In this document: positions 9,599 to 21,512 of the stretch, in pieces | Layout of the letters: each line of letters starts with the position of its first letter | Numbering within the stretch: the stretch's first letter is position 1 | Assembly (NCBI RefSeq): GCF_028679125.1 | Contig: NZ_JAJRCG010000004.1 | Location: forward strand, 83,017-147,016 | Reading direction: 5' to 3' | Source of the DNA: Methanoregula sp. | GTDB taxonomy: Archaea > Halobacteriota > Methanomicrobia > Methanomicrobiales > Methanospirillaceae | Length of the DNA stretch: 64,000 nt | The notes under the pieces: model-generated | The model's database searches: none | Told to the model about the DNA's origin: nothing | What the model saw: the letters and a program-made list of their open reading frames with translations, nothing else | Made by a program: the position numbers and the translations under genes

Positions 9599-9669
9599 TT
9601 TCTTCCATTATTTACGTGGTATACCTATCGTAAAACAGGGTGTAAAAAATAAGGACGACAATTCCGGTT

Positions 9670-10071
9670 TTACTTCTTTGCCAGCTTCAGGATCCGGATC
9701 GCCAGCCACGCCGCGTTGTCGCCATTGTCCACGCCAACGCAGGCAACCGGCACACCTTTGGGCATCTGGGCGATCGAGAGCAGCGCGTCCATCCCGTTCA
9801 GCGTCCCGCTCACGGGAACCCCGATGACCGGCTTGTCGGTCCGCGAGGCGATAACACCGGGAAGCGCTGCGGAGAGGCCGGCGATCGCAATGAAGATCTT
9901 CGCGTGGCTCGCCCTGACATAGGCCTCGAGCTTGTCGGGATCGCGGTGGGCAGAGAGGATCTGGGCATCGTAGGTGACCTTGTTCGCGTCGAGAACTTTC
10001 TTCACCTTATCGGTGATTGCCGCGTCAGACGCGGATCCGGAAATAATTGCTATATCTGCCATATCTGCCAT
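9670..10071 (-). CDS. purE: AIR carboxylase / N5-CAIR mutase
   Basis: [33 protein letters not shown]. Alternative start at 10062. Confidence 0.95.
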   Translation of the reverse strand: MADMADIAIISGSASDAAITDKVKKVLDANKVTYDAQILSAHRDPDKLEAYVRASHAKIFIAIAGLSAALPGVIASRTDKPVIGVPVSGTLNGMDALLSIAQMPKGVPVACVGVDNGDNAAWLAIRILKLAKK

Positions 10072-10118
10072 CCAAACTTATATTGCGTCTATATTAAAAT
10101 ACTATGAGCAGATTCACC

Positions 10119-11707
<1,589 letters not shown>

Positions 11708-11751
11708 GAAGAACGCAAGAATTATTGACCAATCACAAGAGATGATCTGAT

Positions 11752-12171
11752 ATGTGTGATACCAACCCGATAAAACTGGGATTCGTTGTCGCCGAGTTCA
11801 ACCGCGACATCACCTACATGATGGAGATTGAAGGCCGCGAACATGCAGCATTCCTTGGTGCAGAAGTCATCGAGACCATGTATGTTCCCGGGGCATACGA
11901 CATGCCGCTCGCGATCAAGAAACTGCTGACTGCCGGCAAGGTCGATGCGGTTGTCACCATCGGCTGCGTCATCGAGGGCGCAACCCAGCACGACGAGATC
12001 GTGGTGCAGCACGCAGCCCGGAAGATTATCGACCTCTCGCTGGAGTTCGGCAAGCCGGTCTCCCTCGGCATCTCCGGGCCCGGCATGACCCGGCTCGAAG
12101 CCAACGAGCGGATCGATTACGCAAAGCGGGCCGTTGAGTCAGCCATCAAGATGGTCAAACGATTGAGATGA
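11752..12171 (+). CDS. ribH: 6,7-dimethyl-8-ribityllumazine synthase
   Basis: [27 protein letters not shown]. Confidence 0.95.
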   Translation: MCDTNPIKLGFVVAEFNRDITYMMEIEGREHAAFLGAEVIETMYVPGAYDMPLAIKKLLTAGKVDAVVTIGCVIEGATQHDEIVVQHAARKIIDLSLEFGKPVSLGISGPGMTRLEANERIDYAKRAVESAIKMVKRLR

Positions 12172-13301
12172 AGCCCCTGTCGGCGAAGATTGCCGGCGTT
12201 GCCGAGTCGGCAACGATCGCCATCTCCAACAAGGCAAAGAAGATGCAGCGGGAGGGCATCGATGTCATCAGCCTCTCGATCGGTGAGCCGGACTTCGATA
12301 CTCCCCGGCATATCACGGATGCCTGCATTACGGCGCTGAACCGGGGCGAGACGCATTACGCCCCGAGCAACGGCATTCCGGAACTGACGGGTGCAATCGC
12401 TGAGAAGATAACAAAGGAGAACAAGTTCCCCTGCACTCCTCAGCAGGTGATCGTTGCCTGCGGCGCAAAGGATGCGATCTACGAGGCGTGCGAGGCGGTC
12501 TTAAACCCGGGTGACGAGACGATCATCCTCACCCCGGCCTGGGTCTCCTACGAGCCCTGCATCCAGATCGCGGGCGGGAAGCCGGTCTTCCACGCGATCA
12601 ATCCCAAAACCTTCCAGCTCGACGACTCGCTTCTTGAGCGTGTGAACAGGAAGACCAAGATGATCATCGTCAACTCCCCGTCGAACCCCACGGGGGCTGT
12701 TTTTAATAAAAAGTCCATGCAGCTCGTGGCGGATCTCTGCGAGGACAGGGACATCTACGCGATGTCGGACGAAATCTACGAGAAGATGGTGTACGGCAAG
12801 GAGCACATCTCGCTTGCTTCTCTCGGCGACATGGCGCAGCGGACCATCACCATCAACGGCTTCTCGAAGGCCTATGCGATGACCGGCTGGCGGCTCGGGT
12901 ACGCGGTGGGTCCGAAGGAGATCATCACGGAGATGTCCAAGGTCCAGCAGCACTCCGTCAGCCAGGCAACGACCTTTGCGATGTGGGGAGCTGTGGCGGC
13001 GCTCAAGGGCGACCAGCGTTGCGTTGAGGAGATGCGGAAGGAGTTCGACCGCCGGCGCATATACATGATAAACGAACTTAACGCGATGGGCTACGAGACG
13101 GCCCCGGCCGAGGGTGCGTTCTATGCCTTCGTGAAGGTCAAGGGTGACGATATGGAAGTTGCGTCACGCTGGCTTGACAAAGGTCACGTGGCAGCAACCC
13201 CGGGCAGTGCGTTCTATGCGCCGGGATGGATCCGGTTGTCGTACGCGGCTTCGATGGAGAAGCTGAAAGAGGCGATGAAGAGGATCAAGAGGGTTGGGTA
13301 A
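12168..13301 (+). CDS. Class I/II PLP aminotransferase (aspartate aminotransferase-like)
   Basis: [35 protein letters not shown]. Confidence 0.95.
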   Translation: MKPLSAKIAGVAESATIAISNKAKKMQREGIDVISLSIGEPDFDTPRHITDACITALNRGETHYAPSNGIPELTGAIAEKITKENKFPCTPQQVIVACGAKDAIYEACEAVLNPGDETIILTPAWVSYEPCIQIAGGKPVFHAINPKTFQLDDSLLERVNRKTKMIIVNSPSNPTGAVFNKKSMQLVADLCEDRDIYAMSDEIYEKMVYGKEHISLASLGDMAQRTITINGFSKAYAMTGWRLGYAVGPKEIITEMSKVQQHSVSQATTFAMWGAVAALKGDQRCVEEMRKEFDRRRIYMINELNAMGYETAPAEGAFYAFVKVKGDDMEVASRWLDKGHVAATPGSAFYAPGWIRLSYAASMEKLKEAMKRIKRVG

Positions 13302-13364
13302 TCTTTTTTTTAATCAATCAATATTACAACACAAAATAAATTACCTGCAAGGTTTATTGCAATA

Positions 13365-14543
13365 TTGGTGGAAGTTATCAAATTTTATTCAGATGATGAC
13401 TATTTTGAAAGAATTCATGAGATACGTGCAATTATTGAAAATGAGATTGGATTAACTCAAAATTATATCTCAATCGTTCATTACAGCAATGTTGAAATTA
13501 TCGCATTGATTTTGGGAATATTGGCGATAGTAACTTATTTTTCATTTAATACATTTGCGATCATTTGGGTCGTAATAGGTCCCTATGCAATTTATAAGAC
13601 TCTTCAGATCAATTCAGGAATGGAAAGTCTAAAATTAAAACTTGGTTTTAGGAAAATTGAAAAAAAGAAAAAAATCAGCTTCAAAGAAAATTTTGTTATT
13701 GATATCCCTGATCGCTATCCAAAATTTTCTGATATCGACTTATTAGCACTAAAAATCCGTATTGTAAAAGGGGATAGAACAAGTGATAGTAAAATTAACG
13801 CAACTAATAATTATCTTTGGGCAAGCGCCTTTTCAATGAACGCTTTTAACAATCAAATCGGGTATTGGACAATCTATGCATCCATTATTGTTCTCTACAT
13901 CTATTGTGTTTTAACAAAAACAATAGAATTTAATTGGTTTCTAATTCTCTTTGGAATCCTTCAATTAGGCTCTTTTTATTATCTAACTGCTTTGGAAGGG
14001 AATCTTAGATATTTTGTGATAAATGATTTTAAACGCAATTTCTTATTTTTTCATATTCTATGGATTGGCTCAATAACTGCATACTATGTGGTCTTTTTGA
14101 TCAGTTACTTTTCACTGATTCTTCAACTTCTGACAGTTCATAATATTTTACTTCTTGGGATGGTGGGGATTTTAGAATATTTTGTTATTATGTTAGGAAA
14201 TGATTTTTTTTCTTCTACTATCGGATCTGGAATAATGAATGACAAATTAACCGAGCTTATCAGACTCCGTGATACAATTAACAATCAAATTTTCACTCGA
14301 AAGAGGTTAACTGATGATCCTGACATCTTCTATTATGATTATTTAGTCATGAGAAGATACAAACTGATAAAATGGAAGGGACTCCTTTTCGGAAAATATG
14401 TACTTGAGCCGGATTTATCAGATGATGATATCAGAACGCTTTCAGAATCATCATTACATTTTGAAATATTACAAGGTGAAGTTGGAATGAAGGGATTATT
14501 TGTTACAAATAAAGAAATTTTAAAGCGGTATGGATACGTGTAA
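13365..14543 (+). CDS. Hypothetical polytopic membrane protein, strongly AT-rich
   Basis: 392-codon ORF (TTG start) in very AT-rich DNA where stop codons would be frequent by chance; multiple hydrophobic stretches; no recognisable motif. Confidence 0.75.
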   Translation: MVEVIKFYSDDDYFERIHEIRAIIENEIGLTQNYISIVHYSNVEIIALILGILAIVTYFSFNTFAIIWVVIGPYAIYKTLQINSGMESLKLKLGFRKIEKKKKISFKENFVIDIPDRYPKFSDIDLLALKIRIVKGDRTSDSKINATNNYLWASAFSMNAFNNQIGYWTIYASIIVLYIYCVLTKTIEFNWFLILFGILQLGSFYYLTALEGNLRYFVINDFKRNFLFFHILWIGSITAYYVVFLISYFSLILQLLTVHNILLLGMVGILEYFVIMLGNDFFSSTIGSGIMNDKLTELIRLRDTINNQIFTRKRLTDDPDIFYYDYLVMRRYKLIKWKGLLFGKYVLEPDLSDDDIRTLSESSLHFEILQGEVGMKGLFVTNKEILKRYGYV

Positions 14544-14594
14544 AATCTTTTTTTAGAAAAAAATGATGGACACGGCCAAAATGTGAAACGATGT

Positions 14595-14630
14595 CCCCCC
14601 TCTTGCGCCCCCTCCGGGAGGGTGACAAGT
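14595..14630 (-). repeat. Partial (3') copy of the dispersed structured repeat
   Basis: 14595-14609 is the reverse complement of GGCGCAAGAGGGGGG, identical to 5378-5392 and 43441-43455. Confidence 0.7.
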
Positions 14631-14886
14631 ACGGGTCCCCCTCAAAACCCACCTCCCGCTGCCCGATCGCAGGCGACTTTCTGCGCCCAATTGATGCTAA
14701 TTAAACATTTCAGAGTCTCCGACGTTTAAAAATCAGTCCGGGCATTTTGCGGGAGGGAATCCGGGCTCATTGTACCGTTTTTCACCCAATTCGATCTGTT
14801 TTCGGGTGCCCGAAATCCGGGGCCCGGAAAAAGTCGGCAATATGGGCTCTGATCGGCAATCCGGGCGTAATATGGGGGGTCGCCCC

Positions 14887-15402
14887 TCATTCCCCCTGAC
14901 TCTTTTCCGACCTCTTAGTACCGACGGAGATTTCCCGGGGGGGTGCCTGGATCGGGGGTATGATTTCCGTTCCGGCCGGTATCTCCTGGGCCGGCACTGT
15001 CGGTTGAGCCTGCACTACCGGCACCGCCACAAACGCCGGCTTCGGTCTCTCCGGAATCATTGAGCCATCGCGGGAAAGTTCGATGAGCCCGGTGTCCGTG
15101 GCGCGGAAGAACCGGAACGCCCCGCGGGGCAGAAAGACCCAGAGCTCGCGGGAGATCCCGGGGCCGGACGCGATGGCCCGGAGCGCCGCAAGGGCATCGC
15201 GAGCTTCGCCTTCGATCCACGCATGCGAGCAGTGGACGCGGGTGACACGTTTGATCCGGACATGGGCCGTGAAGCCCGGACAGTAGATCACGAAGTTGCA
15301 GATCATGCCCGGCTCGTGCATGAACTGCCGGGTCTCGCCCCGCTTCTTTGCAATGTGCACGGCCTCGCTGAGCGCCACGAGCGGTCTCCGCCCGCGACTC
15401 AT
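14887..15402 (-). CDS. Hypothetical protein, putative Hjc/PD-(D/E)XK-like fold; paralog of 50814..51359
   Basis: 38/113 identities, ungapped, to the 50814..51359 product (RGR, AVxIAxKRG, CxFxI, VRxxR, ELWV, RFFR); Pro-rich tail. Confidence 0.8.
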   Translation of the reverse strand: MSRGRRPLVALSEAVHIAKKRGETRQFMHEPGMICNFVIYCPGFTAHVRIKRVTRVHCSHAWIEGEARDALAALRAIASGPGISRELWVFLPRGAFRFFRATDTGLIELSRDGSMIPERPKPAFVAVPVVQAQPTVPAQEIPAGTEIIPPIQAPPREISVGTKRSEKSQGE

Positions 15403-15624
15403 GCCCGGCCTCCGGTCCCGGCCGGAATTTTTCGCAGCGGCAGGTGTTTATCTGCTGAACAATTTTTGTATTGTGCCTGATTGATGCGGAGTATGGCAAC
15501 AGCTCCTTCTTGTTGTAAATATGCCGGCTGCAATTCCATGAGTACACGGGCCGGCCACGCTGTTATTGTAAAAATTATTTTTAAAATTATATATGCTTTT
15601 TAGTATGGGGAACTGCGTCACACG

Positions 15625-16476
15625 TTATTTTTTCCACCATATCTTTGCAAATGTAGAATCGCCGGAGATCACGATCGAGTTCCCCTCGCAACGTACCCGT
15701 GCGGCAAGATACGTTCCCAGCACGCTCTTCTGCTCCGGTGTCTTCACCCCGAATCTCCCGCTGAAGAACGCCATCATCTCTTCGATGGTCCCGAACCGGT
15801 ACTCTTTTGAGAGCGGCATCATCTCCACGTTCGCATAGATCCCCATCTGGTACAGGACATTGTAGAGGCAGTCTGCCTTGGGCCCGGCATAGTACGGGGT
15901 CCCATGGAGCGGGACCCAGAGATCGGCATACATCCGCTCCCAGAAGGGGAGATCCACGAACCAGTACAGGCAGACGTACTGCTGCGATGCGGCATCCATC
16001 TTTGCGAGGGCGGCCCGGATATCCTCCATGGTCAGCGAGAGCGATGCGATCACGATGTCGTACGGGCCGGCGAGATCCCGGTCAACATCCACGTCCTCCC
16101 ACCGCTTCTGCACGCAGGTGATATTCGTGATGCCCTCGCGTGCAGCCCGCTCCCGCAGGAGGGAGATCATGCCTGATCCGGGTTCGACCGCACAGACCTC
16201 CCTGACCCGGGAGGCGAGCGGGATCGCAAGGGTGCCCGGCCCGGCACCGATGTCCAGTACCCGGGACTCGCGGGTCAGGTCCAGCCCGTCAAGGGTAATC
16301 CTGATGCGGCTGTCGTACTCCCGCCGGGAGTTGGCATCGTACCGCTCCGCGTTCTCCTTCCGGTTCCAGTCGTGCGATGGATCGTCAGGGATCCTGACGG
16401 AGTCGTGCCGCTTCTGCCGCAGCTTCCAGATCTCGTTCCAGTCGGGATCAGCTCGGCCCGGCACCGGGGGAATCAT
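15625..16476 (-). CDS. Class I SAM-dependent methyltransferase
   Basis: VLDIGAGPG; YDIVIASLSL. Confidence 0.9.
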   Translation of the reverse strand: MIPPVPGRADPDWNEIWKLRQKRHDSVRIPDDPSHDWNRKENAERYDANSRREYDSRIRITLDGLDLTRESRVLDIGAGPGTLAIPLASRVREVCAVEPGSGMISLLRERAAREGITNITCVQKRWEDVDVDRDLAGPYDIVIASLSLTMEDIRAALAKMDAASQQYVCLYWFVDLPFWERMYADLWVPLHGTPYYAGPKADCLYNVLYQMGIYANVEMMPLSKEYRFGTIEEMMAFFSGRFGVKTPEQKSVLGTYLAARVRCEGNSIVISGDSTFAKIWWKK

Positions 16477-16533
16477 ACCACTGAGTATGCACTCAAGCGG
16501 AAAAAAATGTTCACTGGCACAAAAAAGGAAAGG

Positions 16534-17721
16534 TTACTCGTGCCTGAGTGCATCGATCGGATTCAGGTTCGCTGCCTGCCATGCCGGGTAGAGACCGCAG
16601 GCAAGACAGATCACGATCCCAAAGCCGACACCTTCGCCAACCGAGATCGCTGTCGCCACCGTGAACAGGTACTTGGTCGACTGGAGCATCAGGGCGCTGA
16701 TGGCATATCCCGCGATCAGGCTGAGGATCCCCCCGATGACACTGCCGATAACCCCGATGATAGCGGCTTCGTAGATGAACATCTTCATGACCTCTTTCTT
16801 CTGCGTCCCGATGCTGCGCATGATACCGATCTCCTTGATCCGCTCGTTGACCGACATCATCATGATATTGAAGATCGAGACACCGGCAACGACCATGGAG
16901 ATCCCTCCGATTGCTGTGACGAATGTCGTGACCGCCCCGAACGTCTCGTAGATCGTAGCCAGGGTTGCCTTGCTGTCCATGACCGAGACGATCTTGTCCC
17001 GCTTGTTCAGCTGTTTCTCGATGATCTTCTTGACCTCGGCGGTATCCTGTCCGCTCTTTACCTTGACAACGACCTCGTCGTAATCACTCCTGCTGTAGGT
17101 GTTGTCGAACCAGCTCTCGGTGACAAGAATGGCATTGTCCGTGCTGATATCAAAGCTCATCCCCCGCTCCTCGATGATCCCGGTGACCCGGAGGGTCCCC
17201 TTCGAGCCATCGGTGCCCATGGAAATCCGGGACCCGACCTTGATATTATTGTCCTTGGCAAATTCCGATCCAACCATGCACCCGGAATTGCCGTTGTTGA
17301 GACCGCCTGATGAAAATTTCAGGTCGAGATCCGGGACATACTGGGGGTCAATACCATAGACCGCTGCAACAATATCATCGCCGCCAACCCCCACTTTCAT
17401 GCGCTCCGATGTCGAGAGCACCGGTATTGCCACGCTGGGAGCAACAGCACGTTTGATCTGCTGGAACTGCTGGTCGGTGATCTTCAGGTTCGCAGAACTT
17501 CCCCCGCCCCCCCCAAAGCCACCGCCGCCACCGGTATACGGGGTCACGATGACACTGTCACCTACTGATGAGAGGCTGTCAGAAACGGTCGCCACCAGGC
17601 TATTCCCGAGGATGCCCATCGATGCAATGGCAACGACCCCGATCACGATCCCGAGCATTGCAAGGGTTGACCGGAGAAAGTGCAGCCGGATATTCCGCTT
17701 GGCGATCTCCCAGAAGATCAT
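16534..17721 (-). CDS. ABC transporter permease, MacB/FtsX family
   Basis: RSTLAMLGIVIGV, SVNERIKEIGIMRSIG, AANLNPIDALRHE. Confidence 0.95.
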   Translation of the reverse strand: MIFWEIAKRNIRLHFLRSTLAMLGIVIGVVAIASMGILGNSLVATVSDSLSSVGDSVIVTPYTGGGGGFGGGGGSSANLKITDQQFQQIKRAVAPSVAIPVLSTSERMKVGVGGDDIVAAVYGIDPQYVPDLDLKFSSGGLNNGNSGCMVGSEFAKDNNIKVGSRISMGTDGSKGTLRVTGIIEERGMSFDISTDNAILVTESWFDNTYSRSDYDEVVVKVKSGQDTAEVKKIIEKQLNKRDKIVSVMDSKATLATIYETFGAVTTFVTAIGGISMVVAGVSIFNIMMMSVNERIKEIGIMRSIGTQKKEVMKMFIYEAAIIGVIGSVIGGILSLIAGYAISALMLQSTKYLFTVATAISVGEGVGFGIVICLACGLYPAWQAANLNPIDALRHE

Positions 17722-18395
17722 TCCACGATCCTCCCGTCAGCGATCCGGATCGTCCGCCGCGAGTACTCGGCGATATGCGGGTCATGGGTGACCATGATGA
17801 TGGTCGTGCCCTCCCGGTTGAGATCCGTCATAAGATCCATGATGCCGGCGCCTGTCTTGGAGTCGAGGTTACCGGTTGGTTCGTCGCAGAGCAGGATATC
17901 CGGGTTGTTGATGAGCGCCCGGGCAATGGCAACCCGCTGCTGCTGGCCCCCGGAGAGTTCGGTGGGGGTGTGGGTGAAGAGTTTCTCATCCAGCTGGACT
18001 GCCCGGAGCACTTCCTTTCCCCGTTCGGGATCCACGCCTTTTCCGGTCTTAAGCATCAGGGGAAACGTGACGTTCTCGATGATATTGAGGAGCGGGAAGA
18101 GGTTGAAGTACTGGAAGATGAACCCGATCCGGTCCCTCCGCAGGGTGGTCAGATCCACATCCGACATGTCGCCAATGCGGGTGCCGCTGATGTAAATATC
18201 GCCCGAAGTCGGGACATCCAGACAGCCCATCATGTTGAGGAGCGTGGACTTGCCCGACCCCGAGGGGCCCATGACGGAGATGAACTCGCCACGGTCTACC
18301 TGGAACGAGATCCTGTCGAGTGCCGTGACGTCTCCTGCGGGAAGCGGGTATACCTTGGTTACGTCACGGAACAGCATTACCGGCTGGTCATCCAT
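17718..18395 (-). CDS. ABC transporter ATP-binding protein (LolD/MacB-like)
   Basis: Walker A GPSGSGKS, LSGGQQQR, DEPTG. Confidence 0.96.
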   Translation of the reverse strand: MDDQPVMLFRDVTKVYPLPAGDVTALDRISFQVDRGEFISVMGPSGSGKSTLLNMMGCLDVPTSGDIYISGTRIGDMSDVDLTTLRRDRIGFIFQYFNLFPLLNIIENVTFPLMLKTGKGVDPERGKEVLRAVQLDEKLFTHTPTELSGGQQQRVAIARALINNPDILLCDEPTGNLDSKTGAGIMDLMTDLNREGTTIIMVTHDPHIAEYSRRTIRIADGRIVE

Positions 18396-18403
18396 CGGAA
18401 GCG

Positions 18404-19570
18404 TCACTTCTTGCTCTTCCTTATGTAGAAGTACCATCCGCCGGCAATTGCCGCGATGAGGATGAGTGCGGCAAGGATGGGAATGATCGGCGGGCCGTTG
18501 CTTGCGGCCGTGGTGTTAAGACGGCTTGAGGGAACAGTCACGTTCTGGACCGTGTGATAGAGGTTCCCGTCGGTATCCCTGAAAGAGACCTGGACGGGTA
18601 TGCTGGTGCTGCCATCCGTGTCGAACGAGATCTCAAATCCTCCGAAGTCGTCGGCTTTGAGTGCCCCGACAACATAGGTCTTGTAGGGATCTTGGGGTAT
18701 GGCAGGGGAAAGGGATGTAACTGTGACGGTATTTGCCGTATCGAGTCCGGCATTATTTATATCACCGGTCACGTGAAAGATGCCCCCCTCAGTGGTGACC
18801 TTGATATTACTCATGACAGGATATGACTGTTTTTTGTCCACGCCGAAGGTGATGGGGATGTCCATGGATGTCTGGTGGGGATTGTTGCCATTGTCGTACG
18901 TAAGGGTAAGATGAAGTGGGGTCTCTTTGTCTGGTGTGATGGAGATATTTACCGGTACCTTTGCCTGGGGAGCGAGCATTCCTATGAACGTCCGTGAGGG
19001 AGTTGCGGTGATGCCGTCACCGGCAACTTCAAGGGCAACATTGGTTACCTCGGCATCTCGGGGATTTGCCACCTGCAGGTAGATCGTCTTTTTCTTTTCC
19101 TGCTCAAAAGCATCCGGCTTATCGATCACGGTCAGGACAAGGGGGCGATTTTCCACCAGGACCATCTGCCGGTAATAGAGATTGTCAGCATCCCTGAATG
19201 TCATGGAGAACGTGGGATAATATGTCCCATCAGGAGCATCTGTGGTGACAGAAAATACAAATTTCTGGGTCTGGAGCGGTCCGATATGGACCGTGCTGTC
19301 ATAAGGGGCGCTCGTTGACCGGATGTTATCGTCTCCGAACGTAGCATGGTTTACAACAGTGCTGTCGTTGGTGTTGCCGTTTGTAACGGAAATAGTAACG
19401 GTACCGTCATCTCCGGTAAAGAACGTCCCGGGATCGTATGACACATTCGAGACATACACCTTGCTGGCTGCAACAATGGATTCAGGTGTGGCGTATGCAC
19501 TTGCCACCCCACAAATAGTGCTGCAGAGCAGGATCAGACATGTTACCGTAAAAAACTGGGTTATTCTCAT
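18404..19570 (-). CDS. Secreted, C-terminally anchored COG1361-like (S-layer/Ig-fold) protein
   Basis: Signal peptide, beta-rich repeats, C-terminal TM plus RKSKK; co-oriented with the MacB-type ABC genes. Confidence 0.75.
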   Translation of the reverse strand: MRITQFFTVTCLILLCSTICGVASAYATPESIVAASKVYVSNVSYDPGTFFTGDDGTVTISVTNGNTNDSTVVNHATFGDDNIRSTSAPYDSTVHIGPLQTQKFVFSVTTDAPDGTYYPTFSMTFRDADNLYYRQMVLVENRPLVLTVIDKPDAFEQEKKKTIYLQVANPRDAEVTNVALEVAGDGITATPSRTFIGMLAPQAKVPVNISITPDKETPLHLTLTYDNGNNPHQTSMDIPITFGVDKKQSYPVMSNIKVTTEGGIFHVTGDINNAGLDTANTVTVTSLSPAIPQDPYKTYVVGALKADDFGGFEISFDTDGSTSIPVQVSFRDTDGNLYHTVQNVTVPSSRLNTTAASNGPPIIPILAALILIAAIAGGWYFYIRKSKK

Positions 19571-20242
19571 TTACGAAACTCCGAGATTATAGATCATGTA
19601 GATGATATAGGCAACCACCGGGATACCCACGCAGAGCGCAGCATCCCGCGGCGACAGTTTCCGGGCCTGCTGGATGCCGAAGATCCAGATGTTTGCGCTC
19701 CAGAGCAGGAAGACAATGGCGATGAGGGAGGTGATCTGGGTCAGTTCCAGCATGGCCGGATCCAGCAGGAGGGCCTTTGTGACCGCCTGCATTGCCACGG
19801 GATCCTGCAACATGGCGGAAGTCACCTGGGGAACAACGATTTTTGGTACGTATTCGTATGCCACGATCAGGGTGACAACGGATCCAATCACCTGGGGGAG
19901 GTACCCGTACCCGACAACCTGCAGGGTCGACTTGACACTGCCCTCTCCCTTGAATGCCATTGAGAGGGCAAAGACCACGGCCGTCCAGACAAGCCAGAAG
20001 ATGAAGACTCCCAGCGCTGCCCCGATTATTGTCGAGAGGAGGATGATCACGTCGATGCCGGGATAGGCTCCGGCCATCATCTGTGCGGTCAATCCCCCGA
20101 TCAGGTATCCGTAGCCCGCAGCAACGATACCCCCGGCAAGGACGATGAGGAGGGGCCACTTGAGACTTTCATCTTTCTGTCCCATCAGGTCCGCGAAGAA
20201 TGCGCCGGGCCTGAGCAGGATATCACTAAAGGAACGCGTCAT
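19571..20242 (-). CDS. Yip1 family membrane protein
   Basis: LLRPGAFF N-terminus, VVGYGYLP, about 5 TM segments. Confidence 0.85.
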   Translation of the reverse strand: MTRSFSDILLRPGAFFADLMGQKDESLKWPLLIVLAGGIVAAGYGYLIGGLTAQMMAGAYPGIDVIILLSTIIGAALGVFIFWLVWTAVVFALSMAFKGEGSVKSTLQVVGYGYLPQVIGSVVTLIVAYEYVPKIVVPQVTSAMLQDPVAMQAVTKALLLDPAMLELTQITSLIAIVFLLWSANIWIFGIQQARKLSPRDAALCVGIPVVAYIIYMIYNLGVS

Positions 20243-20565
20243 AATCCAACCTGTTTTAATACTGTGTTATTCTGGATAAATCCGGAAATGTTGTCAACAC
20301 TGTGATGTTGACTGTAATAAACTTTCTGCCCTCCCCGTGATGTCATGGGCAGGAATTATGTGATAGAATGGTTCGTGGTCTTCCCCATTAGTGGTTTTTG
20401 GTTGATCTGCCGCGAGAAAAGCGGATCTGCGATTCCGTGCGGAGCCACGGGTTTTTCCCCGGGGAATTCCTGTTCCCTCGTTAAAACCTGGAGTAAAGGG
20501 GAGTCACCGGCAATGCGGGAACGTTGGGGGACTCCGCATTTCACCGGGAGGATTTGTAAGGGAGG

Positions 20566-21366
20566 TTACTCACCAGACTGCGCTTCCGAGAGTGCTTCGC
20601 GCGCCTTATCAACCATATTCTGGGCGGCCGTCACTTTTGGTTTGATGGGCGGGTATTCCTTCTTGTCAAATGAGGCCTGCGCTTCCTTGTAGAGACTCTC
20701 CGCCCGGTCTATCCTCCCCTTGGCCTTGGTCACGTTCGTTCCCTCGCTGCCTGCCATGTCGATCTCTTCCTGGATGGCAAGAACCTGGCCGTAGAGATCT
20801 TCAAGCATCCCGCGGTATTCCTCTGCCTTCTCGTTGTCCTCCTCGATCCTCTGGCGGCCGCGCTCCCGGGCATCCTCCCTTGCCTGCTCCTGCCCCTCAA
20901 GAATCTCCCGCAGTTCGTCTTCAACTTCCTGGAGGGTCTCGGCAAGGACCTCGGCAAATGCCGTTCGTTCATCCTTCGACTCCTCGTACCCGTCATATGC
21001 CCCGTATGCCCCTCCGGCAGCAGCGCCCCCGATTGCACCGGCAATGGCCTCGCCGGCCCCTTCTTCGCGGTGCAGGAGACTCCCGATCAGACCTCCCAGT
21101 CCCGCCCCGGCAACAGCGCCGGCAACGCCCTTGGTGATCTCCTTGCGGTTGCGATCGACGGTATAGGTTACCTTGACATTCAGCTTCTCAACAGCCAGAT
21201 CCAGTTTTCCCTGTTCGTCGGTATGTCTGACATGCATGGTTGCGGTTGTCGCGTTCAACACCTGCTGAGTTATCTCGGTCCCTTTGAGGGCAAGACGGGA
21301 CATCAGGCGTTCGGTGAAATCGGTGTACAGGGATGCCACACCCTGGCTGTAGTAGATGAAAACCAT
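20566..21366 (-). CDS. Hypothetical protein with glycine zipper and coiled coil
   Basis: GVAGAVAGAGLGGLIG...AIAGAIGGAAAGGAYG followed by E/R-rich heptads; start MVFIYY at 21366. Confidence 0.75.
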   Translation of the reverse strand: MVFIYYSQGVASLYTDFTERLMSRLALKGTEITQQVLNATTATMHVRHTDEQGKLDLAVEKLNVKVTYTVDRNRKEITKGVAGAVAGAGLGGLIGSLLHREEGAGEAIAGAIGGAAAGGAYGAYDGYEESKDERTAFAEVLAETLQEVEDELREILEGQEQAREDARERGRQRIEEDNEKAEEYRGMLEDLYGQVLAIQEEIDMAGSEGTNVTKAKGRIDRAESLYKEAQASFDKKEYPPIKPKVTAAQNMVDKAREALSEAQSGE

Positions 21367-21512
21367 GTGTATTCTCCAAAAAAATACTGGCGCTGTTTCA
21401 TCATATAGGTTAGAGTTCCCCCGGAAGTGCCGGCGATCCATTAAGCAATTAAATACAAAAATAGACACTTGTGTACCATAATGTATATATTTGTACAAAA
21501 CAAGAACTGTGT

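Noticed and set aside
17501-17514. C8 run in the MacB-type permease as a phase-variation site
   Set aside because: In frame and explained by a poly-Gly loop; no evidence of disruption
20440-20560. GC-rich hairpins downstream of the Gly-zipper gene (AATGCGG...CCGCATT)
   Set aside because: Lacks the diagnostic TTGCGAT/ATCGC and GGCGCAAG motifs of the repeat; may be an ordinary terminator
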